Of a DNA stretch of 64,000 nt, positions 50,911 through 62,849 are shown piece after piece (position 1 is the first letter of the stretch; each line of letters opens with the position of its first letter). A program made the translations under genes and the position numbers. Below the pieces are notes generated by a model, which saw only the letters and a list, made by a program, of their open reading frames with translations, did no database searches and had not been told where the DNA came from. Origin of the DNA: Epiperipatus broadwayi (lineage: Eukaryota > Animalia > Onychophora); NCBI GenBank assembly GCA_028023455.1, contig JAQFVV010000003.1, positions 22,010,001 to 22,074,000 on the forward strand. Direction: 5' to 3'.

Positions 50911-51073
50911 GGCTGCAGAAGGGAGTTTGCTATTAACTGAAAGGAGACCCTTTGATTCCTCTTGGAGGCCTTAAAGGAACCGAGCAGGGCAAATTCCTAA
51001 TGTCCACTCCATACGTTCTTGTCATTGCAGCTGTTATTACTATGTGTTTATTCATATAGTATACGAACATGGA
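50911..51073 (+). ncRNA. HDV-like (CPEB3-type) self-cleaving ribozyme forming the RTE 5' end
   Basis: P1 GGCTGCA/TGCAGCT (50911-17 / 51026-32, G1-U wobble); P2 TCCAT/ATGGA (51008-12 / 51069-73); P3 ACG/CAT; L3 TTCTTGT; GT linker; P4 TACTATGTG/CATATAGTA; J4/2 CGAAC with catalytic C51064; ~90-nt structured J1/2. Confidence 0.8.
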
Positions 51074-51236
51074 TGGGCTGCTCACCAACACGCATTAGCC
51101 AGCGTGGTGAGTTTATTGGCTTTTTACCTCTGAGTTTAAGATCAAGAAACACCATGGTCTGTCTTCTCAATGCCTGATAGGGCAGAATGAATGTTTGTGT
51201 AAATGATAAATATTTTTCCAATACATATATACAATT

Positions 51237-52853
51237 ATGACAGACAAAAATAAAGCATGGCCCTTATTCCCAGGAGGCTGTAAAGTCACCAACCAAGGCA
51301 GCGGTTGGTGGCCGAAGGCGGAGGGTGCTAAGAATCCCCTGATTGCGGACCCAGGCTGCCATTTGATGACAACTTTTTATTTAGGTACTTACAATTGCAG
51401 ATCACTTTCAAGTGAAGGAAGATTGCAAGAATTAGAAGAAGAACTCTCTTATATTAAATGGGATATTATTGGACTTTGTGAAGTTAGAAGAAAAGGTGAA
51501 GAGACAATTGATTTAAAAAGTGGACATATATTCTATTATAAAGGCACAAATATTGGAAATACAAGTGGAGTAGGATTCATTATAAATAAAAAGTGGAAGA
51601 ACAATATTGTGGAGATTGATGGTGTATCAGACAGAGTGGCAAGATTAGTTATACAACTTAATAGCAGATACCAAATGCAGATAATTCAGGTTTATGCCCC
51701 AACAAGTTCTCATAGTGATGAAGTAGTAGAAGATTTTTATATGGATGTACAAAAGGCTTTTGATCAGAGTAAACAACATTTTAAAATTGTTATGGGAGAC
51801 TTTAATGCTAGAATTGGTAAACAAATGAAAGATGAAAGTGCTGTAGGTAATTTTGGTTATGGTAATAGAAATGAGAGAGGACATAGACTTGTGGAGTTTG
51901 CAGAAAAAGAAAAACTTTATATTATGAATTCTTTTTTTGAGAAAAATGCTAAAAGAAAATGGACATGGAAGCATCCAAATGAAGGTACAGCAGAATTGGA
52001 TTATATTTTGACTAACAGGAAATACATATTTCAAGATTGTAATGTTCTTAATAGATTTAACACAGGAAGTGATCATCGATTAGTAAGATGCAAGATATGT
52101 GTTAATGTAAAACTAGAAAGACAAAAATTGTTAAGAAAAACAATATTTACAGTTGATATTCCTAATCTTCAGAAACATTCTAATGAATTTAAATTAGAAC
52201 TTACAAATCGATTTCAAGTATTAGTAGATTTTGAACATGATTCAGATTTGAATGAAATTAATATGAAAATAACTGATACACTTTTAAAAACTGCAAGAAA
52301 GATAGCTGGTAGAAAAAAGCAGCAATTGACCAATAAAATTTCTACTGAGACTAGAGAATTTATGAAGAAAAGAAGAAATATGAAGATATACAAAAATGAT
52401 GCATTAAAAAGAATTGAATATCTCGAATTTTGTAAAATGGTGCGGAAAAGAGTTGAAAATGATATAAGAAAGTATAACTGTGAACTAGCAAGAAAAGCTG
52501 TAGAAGAAAATAAAAGTCTTAAGAATGTAAAACAACATTTTGGTATTGGTAGGAAATTTATATCTGCAATAAGAAAAAAAGATGGAATTATTACTAAAAA
52601 GAGAGATGACATCATGAAATTGGTAGAAAATTTTTATCAAGAATTATATAGTAATAAAGAACAAGTACCTCCTATATCTATTACATCTTCCGAATTGCCC
52701 AGAATTTTAAATGAAGAAGTGAGAAATGCAATTAAATGTATGAAGAAAGGAAAGGCTCCAGGTAATGATGGAATTATAATTGATATATTAAAAGAAGCAG
52801 GTGAAGAAACAGAAAAAATTTTTAGCAAAGTTATATACCAAATGTCTAAATGA
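51237..52853 (+). CDS. RTE ORF, N-terminal part: apurinic/apyrimidinic endonuclease domain and linker
   Basis: GTYNCRSL, IIGLCEVRR, QVYAPT, MGDFNA, LDYIL and SDH motifs. Confidence 0.93.
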   Translation: MTDKNKAWPLFPGGCKVTNQGSGWWPKAEGAKNPLIADPGCHLMTTFYLGTYNCRSLSSEGRLQELEEELSYIKWDIIGLCEVRRKGEETIDLKSGHIFYYKGTNIGNTSGVGFIINKKWKNNIVEIDGVSDRVARLVIQLNSRYQMQIIQVYAPTSSHSDEVVEDFYMDVQKAFDQSKQHFKIVMGDFNARIGKQMKDESAVGNFGYGNRNERGHRLVEFAEKEKLYIMNSFFEKNAKRKWTWKHPNEGTAELDYILTNRKYIFQDCNVLNRFNTGSDHRLVRCKICVNVKLERQKLLRKTIFTVDIPNLQKHSNEFKLELTNRFQVLVDFEHDSDLNEINMKITDTLLKTARKIAGRKKQQLTNKISTETREFMKKRRNMKIYKNDALKRIEYLEFCKMVRKRVENDIRKYNCELARKAVEENKSLKNVKQHFGIGRKFISAIRKKDGIITKKRDDIMKLVENFYQELYSNKEQVPPISITSSELPRILNEEVRNAIKCMKKGKAPGNDGIIIDILKEAGEETEKIFSKVIYQMSK

Positions 52854-54111
52854 TAAAGATGTACCGGATGATTGGAAGAATGCAGTAATAATATTAATAT
52901 TTAAAAAAGGTGATAAAGAAGATATTAGAAATTACAGACCTATCAGCCTTTTATCAGTTTTATATAAAATTTTTACCAAGATAATTACAACTCGTCTACA
53001 GAGAACATTGGATTTCCACCAACCAAGAGAACAAGCTGGATTTAAAAGTGGTTTTAGTACAGTAGATCATATTCAGGTATTGAGAGAAGTTATAGAAAGG
53101 ACAAATGAATATGAGTTGTCATTATGTTTTGGATTTGTAGATTATGAAAAGGCATTTGATTCTATAAACATTTCTTCAGTGATTAAAGCATTGGATCATC
53201 AAGGTATAGATCCAGGATATTGTCATATTTTAAAGAATATTTATAAAAATGCAACAGCAACAATTAGATTACATAATGATACTGGGAAAGTCAACATTGA
53301 GAAAGGTGTAAGACAAGGTGACTCCATATCTCCAAAACTTTTTACAGCAGTGCTGCAAGAAGTATTTTGTGGATTAAAATGGGAAACTAAAGGAGTGAAA
53401 GTAAATGGAGATTATTTAAGTCATTTAGATTTCGCAGATGATGTAGTTGTTTTTGCAAATAATGCTTCAGAGCTGCAGGAAATGTTGCAGGAGTTATCAG
53501 ATGAAAGTAGGAAAGTAGGACTAAAGATAAATGTTAAAAAGACTAAAGTAATGTTTAATCGATTTGCTCAAAATATGAAAATAAAGATTGATTATGATGA
53601 ATTAGAAGAAGTTAACAGTTACAAATACCTTGGTCAGATTATTAATACAGATGGAAACATAATGGAGGAAATTAATCATAGAATTAAACTTGGTTGGAGT
53701 GCTTTTGGTAGAAATAACTTGATACTAAAAGGAAATATGCCTATGTGTTTGAAAAGGAAGGTTTTTAACAAATGTGTTTTACCAGTTCTTACTTATGGAT
53801 CTGAGACTTGGACACTCAATAGAAGAGCAATACAGAGACTTCAGACCACTCAAAGAAGTATGGAGAGATGTATGTTGGGAGTAACAAGAAGAGATCGAAA
53901 ACGCAATGTATGGGTAAGAGAACAAACAGGTGTTACTGACCTCATTGAAAAAATTAAAAGATTGAAGTGGAGTTGGGCTGGACATATTGCTAGAAGAGAT
54001 GATAATAGACGGACAATTGAAATTTTAAACTGGATTCCAAGAGATTGTAAAAGACCCAGAAAGAGACCACATGTGAGATGGATAGATGAAATAAGAAAGG
54101 TGCAGGGGTGA
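52801..54111 (+). CDS. RTE ORF, C-terminal part: reverse transcriptase (joined to the upstream ORF across a +1 frameshift at ~52812-52823)
   Basis: NYRPISLL, EQAGF, VDYEKAFDS, GVRQGDSISP, FADD, YKYLG, YGSETW and WAGH motifs. Confidence 0.93.
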   Translation: MKKQKKFLAKLYTKCLNDKDVPDDWKNAVIILIFKKGDKEDIRNYRPISLLSVLYKIFTKIITTRLQRTLDFHQPREQAGFKSGFSTVDHIQVLREVIERTNEYELSLCFGFVDYEKAFDSINISSVIKALDHQGIDPGYCHILKNIYKNATATIRLHNDTGKVNIEKGVRQGDSISPKLFTAVLQEVFCGLKWETKGVKVNGDYLSHLDFADDVVVFANNASELQEMLQELSDESRKVGLKINVKKTKVMFNRFAQNMKIKIDYDELEEVNSYKYLGQIINTDGNIMEEINHRIKLGWSAFGRNNLILKGNMPMCLKRKVFNKCVLPVLTYGSETWTLNRRAIQRLQTTQRSMERCMLGVTRRDRKRNVWVREQTGVTDLIEKIKRLKWSWAGHIARRDDNRRTIEILNWIPRDCKRPRKRPHVRWIDEIRKVQG

Positions 54112-54399
54112 TGTGGAGAAGAGAAGCTAATGATCGAAGAAGATGGATTAAACTTGGAGAGACCTTCATCCTGCAGTGGATTGATAATGGTTGATAATGA
54201 TGATGAATAATGAAATAATGACAATATGTACCATAATCTGTTAAATTACTCAGAACTCACAATTCTAATAATGGTTTCTTTCTAATCTAATTTAGTCATA
54301 TTTCTGAATGTGTGTGCATTTATAAGATCACAAACACAAAGCATTTATTAATTATATCTCTATCGGAATACAGATGGTGCAGCAAGCTAATCTTTAAAT

Positions 54400-54900
54400 T
54401 AATAATCTTATTTCAAGCATTTTATAGAAATCCATAAAACGTTTATCAGCTATAACCAACATACATTGTCTGATGATAACTACGCCCGAATGAAGGAGAG
54501 GGGAGTAACAATAAACAAACATTCACATATATGCGCATGAGGGTTAACCAAAATCTCCAAATTCAAACTTAATTCTTCAATAAACATCTACAAACTCTTA
54601 GGACACAAATGTTGTGGAACTCAGCCGACTTATTATCAATCAATGGGGTATTTGCCACGTCATTTAAAAACTACAATTATCTCATCATGTGCTATCAGAC
54701 ACAAAATACACTACCACTCATGATTTAACAAGTAAGTAATTAAGGAGAGAATTTCTCAATCCGCATAATAAAATCTTCCCTTCTATCACTTCTTTATCCA
54801 AATGTACTCAGTGCATTTCATATATAAATGAATCTATAAGCAGACAAACTCCTAATTCTTCATATTCTTTTAATACACGGCACCAAACCAAAACTGATAG
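54400..54900 (-). mobile_element. Decayed PLE 3' remnant
   Basis: Minus strand FIYEMH*VHLDKE.IE...LL..LR resembles the GIY-YIG motif; CTGATAA...8-bp stem...GAAA eroded hammerhead at ~54400-54455. Confidence 0.3.
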
Positions 54901-55927
54901 AAAAGCAAAATACAAATTTGGTAAATAGTTTAAAACCACACACACATATGCGAACATACGATCATATATAAAATGATTTTTAAATCATTTGAAACAATAA
55001 ATGTCATATTAACAATAATTAAATCTATACGAATCTATTACTTGTGAGAATTATGAATATTGAATTCCAACTTAGTCACTACGGTCAAGTAAATTTAACT
55101 ATTCTGCATACTGGCATAAATATCTCCATGCATATATCTATTATTATTAACTAGGGTATAATATTAAAATATTTAATTTGAACTAATAATATGAGCACGA
55201 GGATATCCATTTTTCTTTTAACATAATACCAAAAAAAAAGTAATATTACTGACTTGGTACACTTTATACCAAGATCTCCAAGACATTCTCATGGAGATTA
55301 GGCATATAAATAAATAACAATAATAATAAGTTACATTAAACATAAAAAAAAAAAAATCTACCTGTCTATAATAGGCAATAGAAAGAAATACATGTCAACA
55401 TTTAATCATTAAAATAAAGTTGTTTTTTTTTTAGTTCAGACTTGAAAGTTGAAACAGAAATATACGTGTAGCTCACAATGATAATGACGAATTGACAACA
55501 TTGAAAAAAAAAACATACAAACATTGCTCTTGCAGGTTGAAATAAGATTTGGCAAAAGCTGCAATAATTTCCAATGTTCTTAGAATTTCTAATAGATATT
55601 ATATACAGCCTTTGTGTGTATTCATGATATAACTTTATCAAAATCCCTAAAATTAAAATACCAAATTTTAAACAAAAATACTATTCTTATCTCTCAAGTA
55701 TGAGTTCATCATAACTCCAAAAGTTATGTGGCCAAAATAATAATAAAAAATATAAATAACTATTTTTTTTCTTCTCACAAGGCATAAGTTTATTGAAGCC
55801 CTATGAATTGGTTGTCAAAATGACAAAAAATAAATATAATAACTACTCTTCTTTCTCAGAGTCTAAGTTTATCATTGCCCCAAAGTTGGGAAAGCCAAAA
55901 TTATATATATATATATATATATCCCTC

Positions 55928-58849
55928 TGCAATGAATAAATAGTATCATATGTAACTTTACTAGAAGTCACCACTAGATAATAAATCTAGACTACTTTCG
56001 AATAACCAATTGTAATTTAATATTGATAATTAATATAAAAAAATACTAAAGAAAAAAGTTAAGTTTACTAGCAAAGTTACAATTATACAAAAATTTTGGG
56101 AAGCTATAAATTATAAAATGAAACTATTCCTACTAATAATAAATTTTAACATAAAAGACAAATTTACCCAGCATGAGTTACATTTGGACACCTATTAATT
56201 TGGTATATCAATATTTTGTAATTCAAATAATAGTAATAAAAAAATAATAATTTATTATTCAACAAAATAATTTATTTAAAAACTAAAATAGCAATGTCAT
56301 TGTAGTAGTTACCAATATCCAAATTAATACATCAAAATTAATAAACACACATATGATCAACAATCTGAGACATTGCCAAAACAAACCAAGCTATCCTTAT
56401 CTCAATACCTAGTATCACAGCTATAAAATTAAGCAATGGGTGAAATGCTTGTTATATTTAAGCTTAACTCTCTACTACAATATTCTAGATAATGGAATAA
56501 AAATAATAACTATTCTGAAAACTTTATATATAAAATATTTAAATATTAATTCTTCATCGTTGCTGTACTATTTATAAAGATCTAAACATTTTCAATGCTT
56601 AAGAAAGTAAAAACGAAATCATTACAAAATAAAAACATAAGAATTTATAACTGGAACAAATAATATCAAGCTACACATATCAATAATATTTCAGTTGCAA
56701 ATAAATACAGCATCAGTTAAAGCCCATATATATATAAAATAAATATTTATTACCATTTAAACAATCATTATCTAAAATTATAAATATAATTAAATAACGC
56801 ACATTATATATTTCATAAGTATGTAATATGTGATGTCTATAAAATGAAATAAATCATTTATTACACATGTATTATTTTTGAACATTATATTTAAAACATT
56901 TTGAAAATATTACTTGCATATAGCTTTGATAATTACAGACATAATGATCTTTCCAATATTTAAAAATTGACAATTTAAAATAATTAATATCAGCATGATA
57001 TTTATGTGAAAAACAATTTATTATGAACAAAAAAAAATATTTAATCAAGATTGATAAATTGTTTTGTAGTTTTAACTTTTTTACCATTAATGTTATCCAA
57101 AATTATGATCTAACAGACGATCTCTTTCATTATAATGGTGCTTCATTTAAAATATAGAACATAAGCATAAACAAAGATGTAGAAAAAAAATCATGATTTT
57201 TGTAGCAATTGATGATTATAAGGTAATCCTATTGATGATGAATTATAACAGGAAGAAGTTGATTATCCATTTGAGTCTAAATTCTCAAATTCTTGGAATA
57301 AAAACTTTATCAACTAGTTCATTGTGAGAGATTATAATCCAATGTTTTCCTTTTCAAAATTCTGCAGCCGATCTTTCTTCACATGATCAAAACAGTTTTC
57401 CTGATAATAAATCATTCTTTGCTACATGCAATAGAACCATAAATAAATAATGCTTCAGTCTATTTTAAAATTATTTAAAACTAATTGTCAATTCTTTAAA
57501 ATTACTATTTTAATTATCTTTGAATAAAATCAAGTTTTCTTTATAAAAGTAGTGTATAATGTCTTTCAAATAATAATATCAACTCAATATTTTAAAATAT
57601 TAATGACATCACACTTTTAAATTAATAAAATTTCTTTCTATACATTTAATTAATTTATACAGCAATGAAATATATTCCAAAGAAATATACTAGTTAAAAC
57701 TACAAAGCAATTTATAAATCTTGATTAAATATTTTTTTATAATAAATTGCTTTTCACATATCATGCTGATATTACTTTAGATTGATGATTATTGATCATT
57801 ATATATGTAATTATCAAAGCTATATGCAAATATTTTTAAAATGTTTTAAATATAATGTTCAAAATAATACATGTGTAATACATAATGATTTATTTTATTT
57901 ATACACATCACATTTTAATACAGATTATAAAATATATAATTTGTATTATTTAATTATATTTATAAAATTTTAAATGATTGTTTAAATGGTAATAAATATT
58001 TATTTTATATATATGGAATTTAAGTGATATTGTATGTATTTCAACTGAGATATTTTTGATATGTTTAGCTTGATATTATCTGTTAATTCCAGTTATAAAT
58101 TTCTATGACTTTATTTTGTAATAATTTCATTTTTACTTTCATAAGCATGGGTAATGTTTAGATCTTTATAATAATATAATGATGAAGAATTAATATTTAA
58201 ATATTTTATATATGAAGTTTTCAGAATAGTTATTTTTGTGTCATTACCTAGAATATTGTAGTAGAGAGTTAAGATTATTATACAACAAGTATTTCACCCA
58301 TTGCTTAATTTTATAGCTCTCATTGTATCGGTTATTGTAATACTAGGTACTGAAACAGATAACTGTTTTTGCTTTGGCAATGTCTTACATTATTGATCAT
58401 ACATGTAGTTTGTTAATTTTATGTATTAATTTAGATATTGGTAACTATTACAATGACATTATTGTTGATTTTATTTTTTTAAACAAATTATTTTGTTTAA
58501 TAATAAATTACTTGGTTTCTTTTATTATTGATTATTACTTGAATTCTAAAATATAAAATATTTATATGCTAAATTAATAGATATTCAAATGTAACTCATG
58601 CTGAATAAACTTGTTTTTTATTTTAAGAATTATTATTAATTAGAAGAGTTTCTTCATTTTTATAATTCATAACCTCCCAATATTTGTTTGTAATTGTAAC
58701 TTTACTAGTAAACTTAATTTCTTACTTTGTTATTTTCTTATATTAATTATCAATATTAAATTACAATTGGTTATTGGAAAGAACTATAGATTTATTATCT
58801 AGTGGGGAATTCTAGTAAAGTTACATGTGGAACTATTTATCCATTACAA
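55928..58849. mobile_element. ~2.9-kb fold-back element with ~1.15-kb inverted arms
   Basis: ~55930-57085 is inverted at ~57690-58849 (e.g. cagcatgagttacattt / aaatgtaactcatgctg); the ~600-bp spacer has decayed coding-like sequence; no TSD identified. Confidence 0.8.
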
Positions 58850-58854
58850 TACAT

Positions 58855-59770
58855 ATCAAAATATTCTAAAATAACACTACAAAATTTGAATATGCCATTA
58901 TAAAATTAAACATAAAATCTTCACTATATCCAACTTATGACATTTTGTGCCATCTTGAGTAGTAATGAACAGTTAGTATTTAAATCTTATTAAAATCACA
59001 TAACAGTAATGTTCCTATGTGAATGGCTAACTTTCCATAAATTATAAATAATCACACAATTACATTTTTTATTTAACATATTTTCTCTAATATTTATAAA
59101 ATATGACTCCTTATTTTTTCTCTTCTTCAAGTCATTTTCTACATGTAAAACAAAAACACTATCAAAGCAGAAATCACCATTACATCATTAATATCTGCAC
59201 ATTTTAATGTTACATTTAAGTATGGTCCAAATACTGGAAGATTAGTTGTTAAGAGAAAATATTCTATTGATAAAATCAATAAATGTAATATTATTTATAA
59301 AGTGGCATGTCATTGTGAATCTAGCTATATCGGGGAGACTAAATGTGCATTAAAAAAGAGAATTTGAGAGCATGATTATTACATAATAAGTTGTGTCATT
59401 CTTTGGATAGATACAAATCTGTTTTCGCAGAGCATGCAGTGACTTGTAATAGATTTCTGCTTTGATAGTGTTTTTCTTTTAGATGTGGAAAATGAATTGA
59501 AAAAAAAAAATTAAGGAGTCATATTTTATAAATATTATAGACAATGTATTGAATAAATAATGTAGTTGTGTGAGTATTCATAATTTATAGAAAATTGTCC
59601 AATTTACATGGGAACATTACTGTTAAGTGATTTTAATGAGATTTAAATATAAAGGTTCATTGCTACTCAAGATGGCATAAAATGTCGTAAATTGGCTATA
59701 GTGAAGATTTTATGTTTAATTTTATATAGGCATATTCAAATTTTATACTATTATTTTAGAACCTTTTGAA
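58855..59770 (+). mobile_element. 5'-truncated PLE with inverted pLTR; GIY-YIG remnant
   Basis: NIIYKVACHCESSYIGETKCALKKRI*EH at 59287-59373; arms ~58855-59030 / ~59590-59770; eroded hammerhead at 59660-59704 (stem I CTA/TAG extended, stem II GGCA/TGTC, mutated core). Confidence 0.8.
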
Positions 59771-59844
59771 TATTATATTTATTTCATTTGATATTATATA
59801 TATATAATAATATAAATAAAATGTCCGTTAAGTAAAAAATATTG

Positions 59845-61490
59845 TAACAACAATGAAAATAATAAATATAATGATAATTAACTATTATATATATAGTTTA
59901 AAGTAGTTTCAGTTAATTATTTAATCCTCTTCAACTGCCGTTAAATTCAAAAAACATAACAGAAGCAAACATAAACTCAAATCCCAGAAATCCCGAACTT
60001 TAATGTTAGCAGCTTGTCTATTAATTATATTCATTTTATTTCAATTTATAAAAATTGCCTCTTTAATTTTTTTTTGGTTTCTTTTATTATAAGTTTTATA
60101 TTTCTGCAAATATAAAATTACATATAGAAAAAAATCCTTTGTGAATTACGATTGATTTTGATGGTTCGTTTATATATCAGATATGTAAACTGTTACAAGA
60201 GATTTTAAGAATTGGGGAAAATATTATTGCTTCATCTTTTGATTTTGTAGATAGAATTAAAAATATAGTGATTCATGAGAGTGATGTTATTGCTTCATTA
60301 AATGTGACAGAGTGAATTCCTTAAAAATTGGCATTGATCCTTTAAAATTTTTTGATGCTAACATTTTTGCTTCTTTTGAAGATGGATATTATAAAATGCC
60401 TAAAGGTTGGCCTATGAGTTTGTCAATTGTTGCATAAGTTTGCAATTTTGTTTTGTCTATATATGAGAATAAAATTTTAGATATGTGGACTTTTAAAGAT
60501 ATTAAAATTTACAAAAAGGATGTGGAAGATGTTGTTGTTTGCTTGTAGAGGAATTAAATAATTTAAATGGCCTGAAATGGATTATTGCAGGATAAAAATA
60601 TTAAGTATTTGGATTTATTTATTACAAGAGATAATAGTATGTTTAACTTATAGATTAGTAATCAAATTACTGCAAAAAAGGGGATATATAAATTGTAAAT
60701 CAAAAGTGCCAATTATGCATAAGATGGCAAGATTTAGATCTTTTTTGTTTCATACTGAAAAATAATGTCATTACCAAAATAATAAATTAAAAAAATATTG
60801 AAATATTTGCCAAGGAATTGCTTGAAGTTGATTATAAGATTAAATAGATTAATACTACTTTATATCAATTTAAAAAGAAATACAATGATTTAAAGAAATT
60901 GAAGATTGATAATAAAAAATGGATATCTATTCTATATATTTCAAATGCTCAAATGAAATTTTATATATAAGGATGTGTTTAATGTTTCATTTTGTGTTAC
61001 AAATAATGTTAATAAATTAGTGAGTAATTCTAAAAGTGTCATATCTGTCAAGCAAAAAAATAATATTGTGTAGCAAATTTTTGTTGATGTATGTTATCAT
61101 ATATAGGTGAATCGAGATTCAGTATAGAGAAAAGATTAATGGAGCATGTATTGTTATACAAGCATGTAAAAAGTAAAAATAATAATGATTTAATGATTGC
61201 TTCAGTTTTCTTGGATCATGAAAAGATATGTAAATATAAATTTAAGTTTGATCTTGAAAGTGTTAAAAGAAAAATTAAGGAGGCAATTTTTATAAACAGA
61301 AATAAAATGAATATAATTAAGACAAGCTGCTAACATTAAAATTTGGGATTTCTGGGATTTGAGTCGATATTTGCTTCCATTATCTTTTTTGAAATTAATG
61401 ACAGTTAAGTAATTAACCAAAAGTACTTCTGCTGATTGAAAGACTATATATAATATTTAATTACCATTATATTTATTATTTTTATTGTTA
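59845..61490 (+). mobile_element. 5'-truncated PLE (RT + GIY-YIG remnants) with inverted pLTR
   Basis: ASLNV (~60290), GWPMSLS (~60405) and KDVED (~60515) RT-like motifs; YIGESRFSIEKRLMEH in ORF 61091..61333; arms ~59845-60022 / ~61320-61490. Confidence 0.8.
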
Positions 61491-61668
61491 AACCACTAAA
61501 CATCACATGATCACCATTTCTTATGCTTGCTCATAACTCTCCACTCAGTGCAAGTCAGAGTACCAGAAGATATTAGATAGGGATTTTATGCATAAGCCTT
61601 CTGGCATCCATTGATTACTCTGGCTTGCACTGAGTGGCATTATTGTATGGAGAGTTTTGCCTGTTTTA
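61491..61668 (+). mobile_element. Mini-insertion of the 911/16287 family, inserted in the end of the preceding PLE arm
   Basis: Starts actaaacatcacatgatcaccatttcttatg like 911-960 and ends with the family pLTR end; ttttattgtt is duplicated on both sides. Confidence 0.7.
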
Positions 61669-62849
61669 TTTTTTATTGTTGTTATATATATATATTCTAT
61701 ATGTTTGTTCAAAGGTTTGTGATGATGATATATTGGACTATTTCCATCATTAGTGGATTGTTTCCAAGCAGATTTAACTATTAATAATAACACACAGATT
61801 TACATAAAACATTATAATAACTTATATATTATTAATTATAGTTAAATATATTTGAAAAGATGTAAAAATATACTGTGAATTTTTTTAAAAAGTATTTATG
61901 ATGGAAATAGTTCTGCATACAACTGTAAATAAATTCTGTATTTACTTTTATATAATCAAATAAAAATTTATGATTCATTTTTTCTTCACCTCTTTTTTTC
62001 ATCAAAATATATTTTAAAAACAATTTTCTGTTGTAAACCTTATGCCAGATGATTTAGAAATAAATTAATTTTCATCTCCCAAACTCTTTTTGTTAGAAAA
62101 AAATAAAGCTGATTAAAAGGCAAACAAAAACATGATGTCCATATCAATTAGGTTTGTAAATTTACAATACTTCTTTTTATTTTAAAATATATGTACAAAC
62201 TATTTTATTTTTCGGTATTTACTAATTTTTTAATGTATATATTCAGAATTAATTTTTAAAGTGTTGCTTAAATATTGTAATAATAAATTCCAATAATTAT
62301 GAAAATTTATAAGATCCTTTTTTTTAGAAATTGCCAAATTGTAAATAACCAGATTAAAAATATTGTACTTGTAGTTAACAATACAATCAGAATCAGACAA
62401 AAGTAATATTGTATAGTGATTAATATAATACCTACTGTTTCTATGATGTAAGAGAAGCTTAGAGATTTTTTCAGGTATTATGTTGCTAAGTCAACTGATC
62501 ATCCAAAACTGATTAACTTATTTAAATATGTAGATAATCTTAAATGGAAATTCTTAAATATATGCCACTGAACTGTTCATTAAAAAAATGCAGTATTTTT
62601 ATCAAGATGAAAAAAGTATATATGGTACACTTTTATTATAATGAAGACCTTAAGGATGGTTTTAATTTATTTAATCTGGAGAATGTAATGAAATGACAAT
62701 TTAATTAATAAATATCTGAACCCTAATACATTCTGATTGATTAATTAGAAAATAATTTAATTAAGGGTTCAAAAATGACATATATGTCAGTAATTGCTTT
62801 TTTTTTTCATTTTAAAATTTGCTTTAATAAGACTCAGTTGAACTTTTTC

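Larger units (their letters stand above)
50911..54205 (+). mobile_element. Young full-length RTE-clade non-LTR retrotransposon
   Basis: 11-bp TSD aataatgaaat (50900-50910, 54206-54216); 5' UTR, APE + RT ORF, short 3' UTR ending in a (TGA/TAA)n tail. Confidence 0.95.

Noticed and set aside
51645-54224. Minus-strand ORFs overlapping the RTE (143, 133, 124, 68 and 63 aa)
   Set aside because: Antisense shadows of a long AT-rich coding frame; no motifs
54470-54500. CTGATGA...GAAT on the plus strand as a hammerhead
   Set aside because: No stem II and no stem I partner
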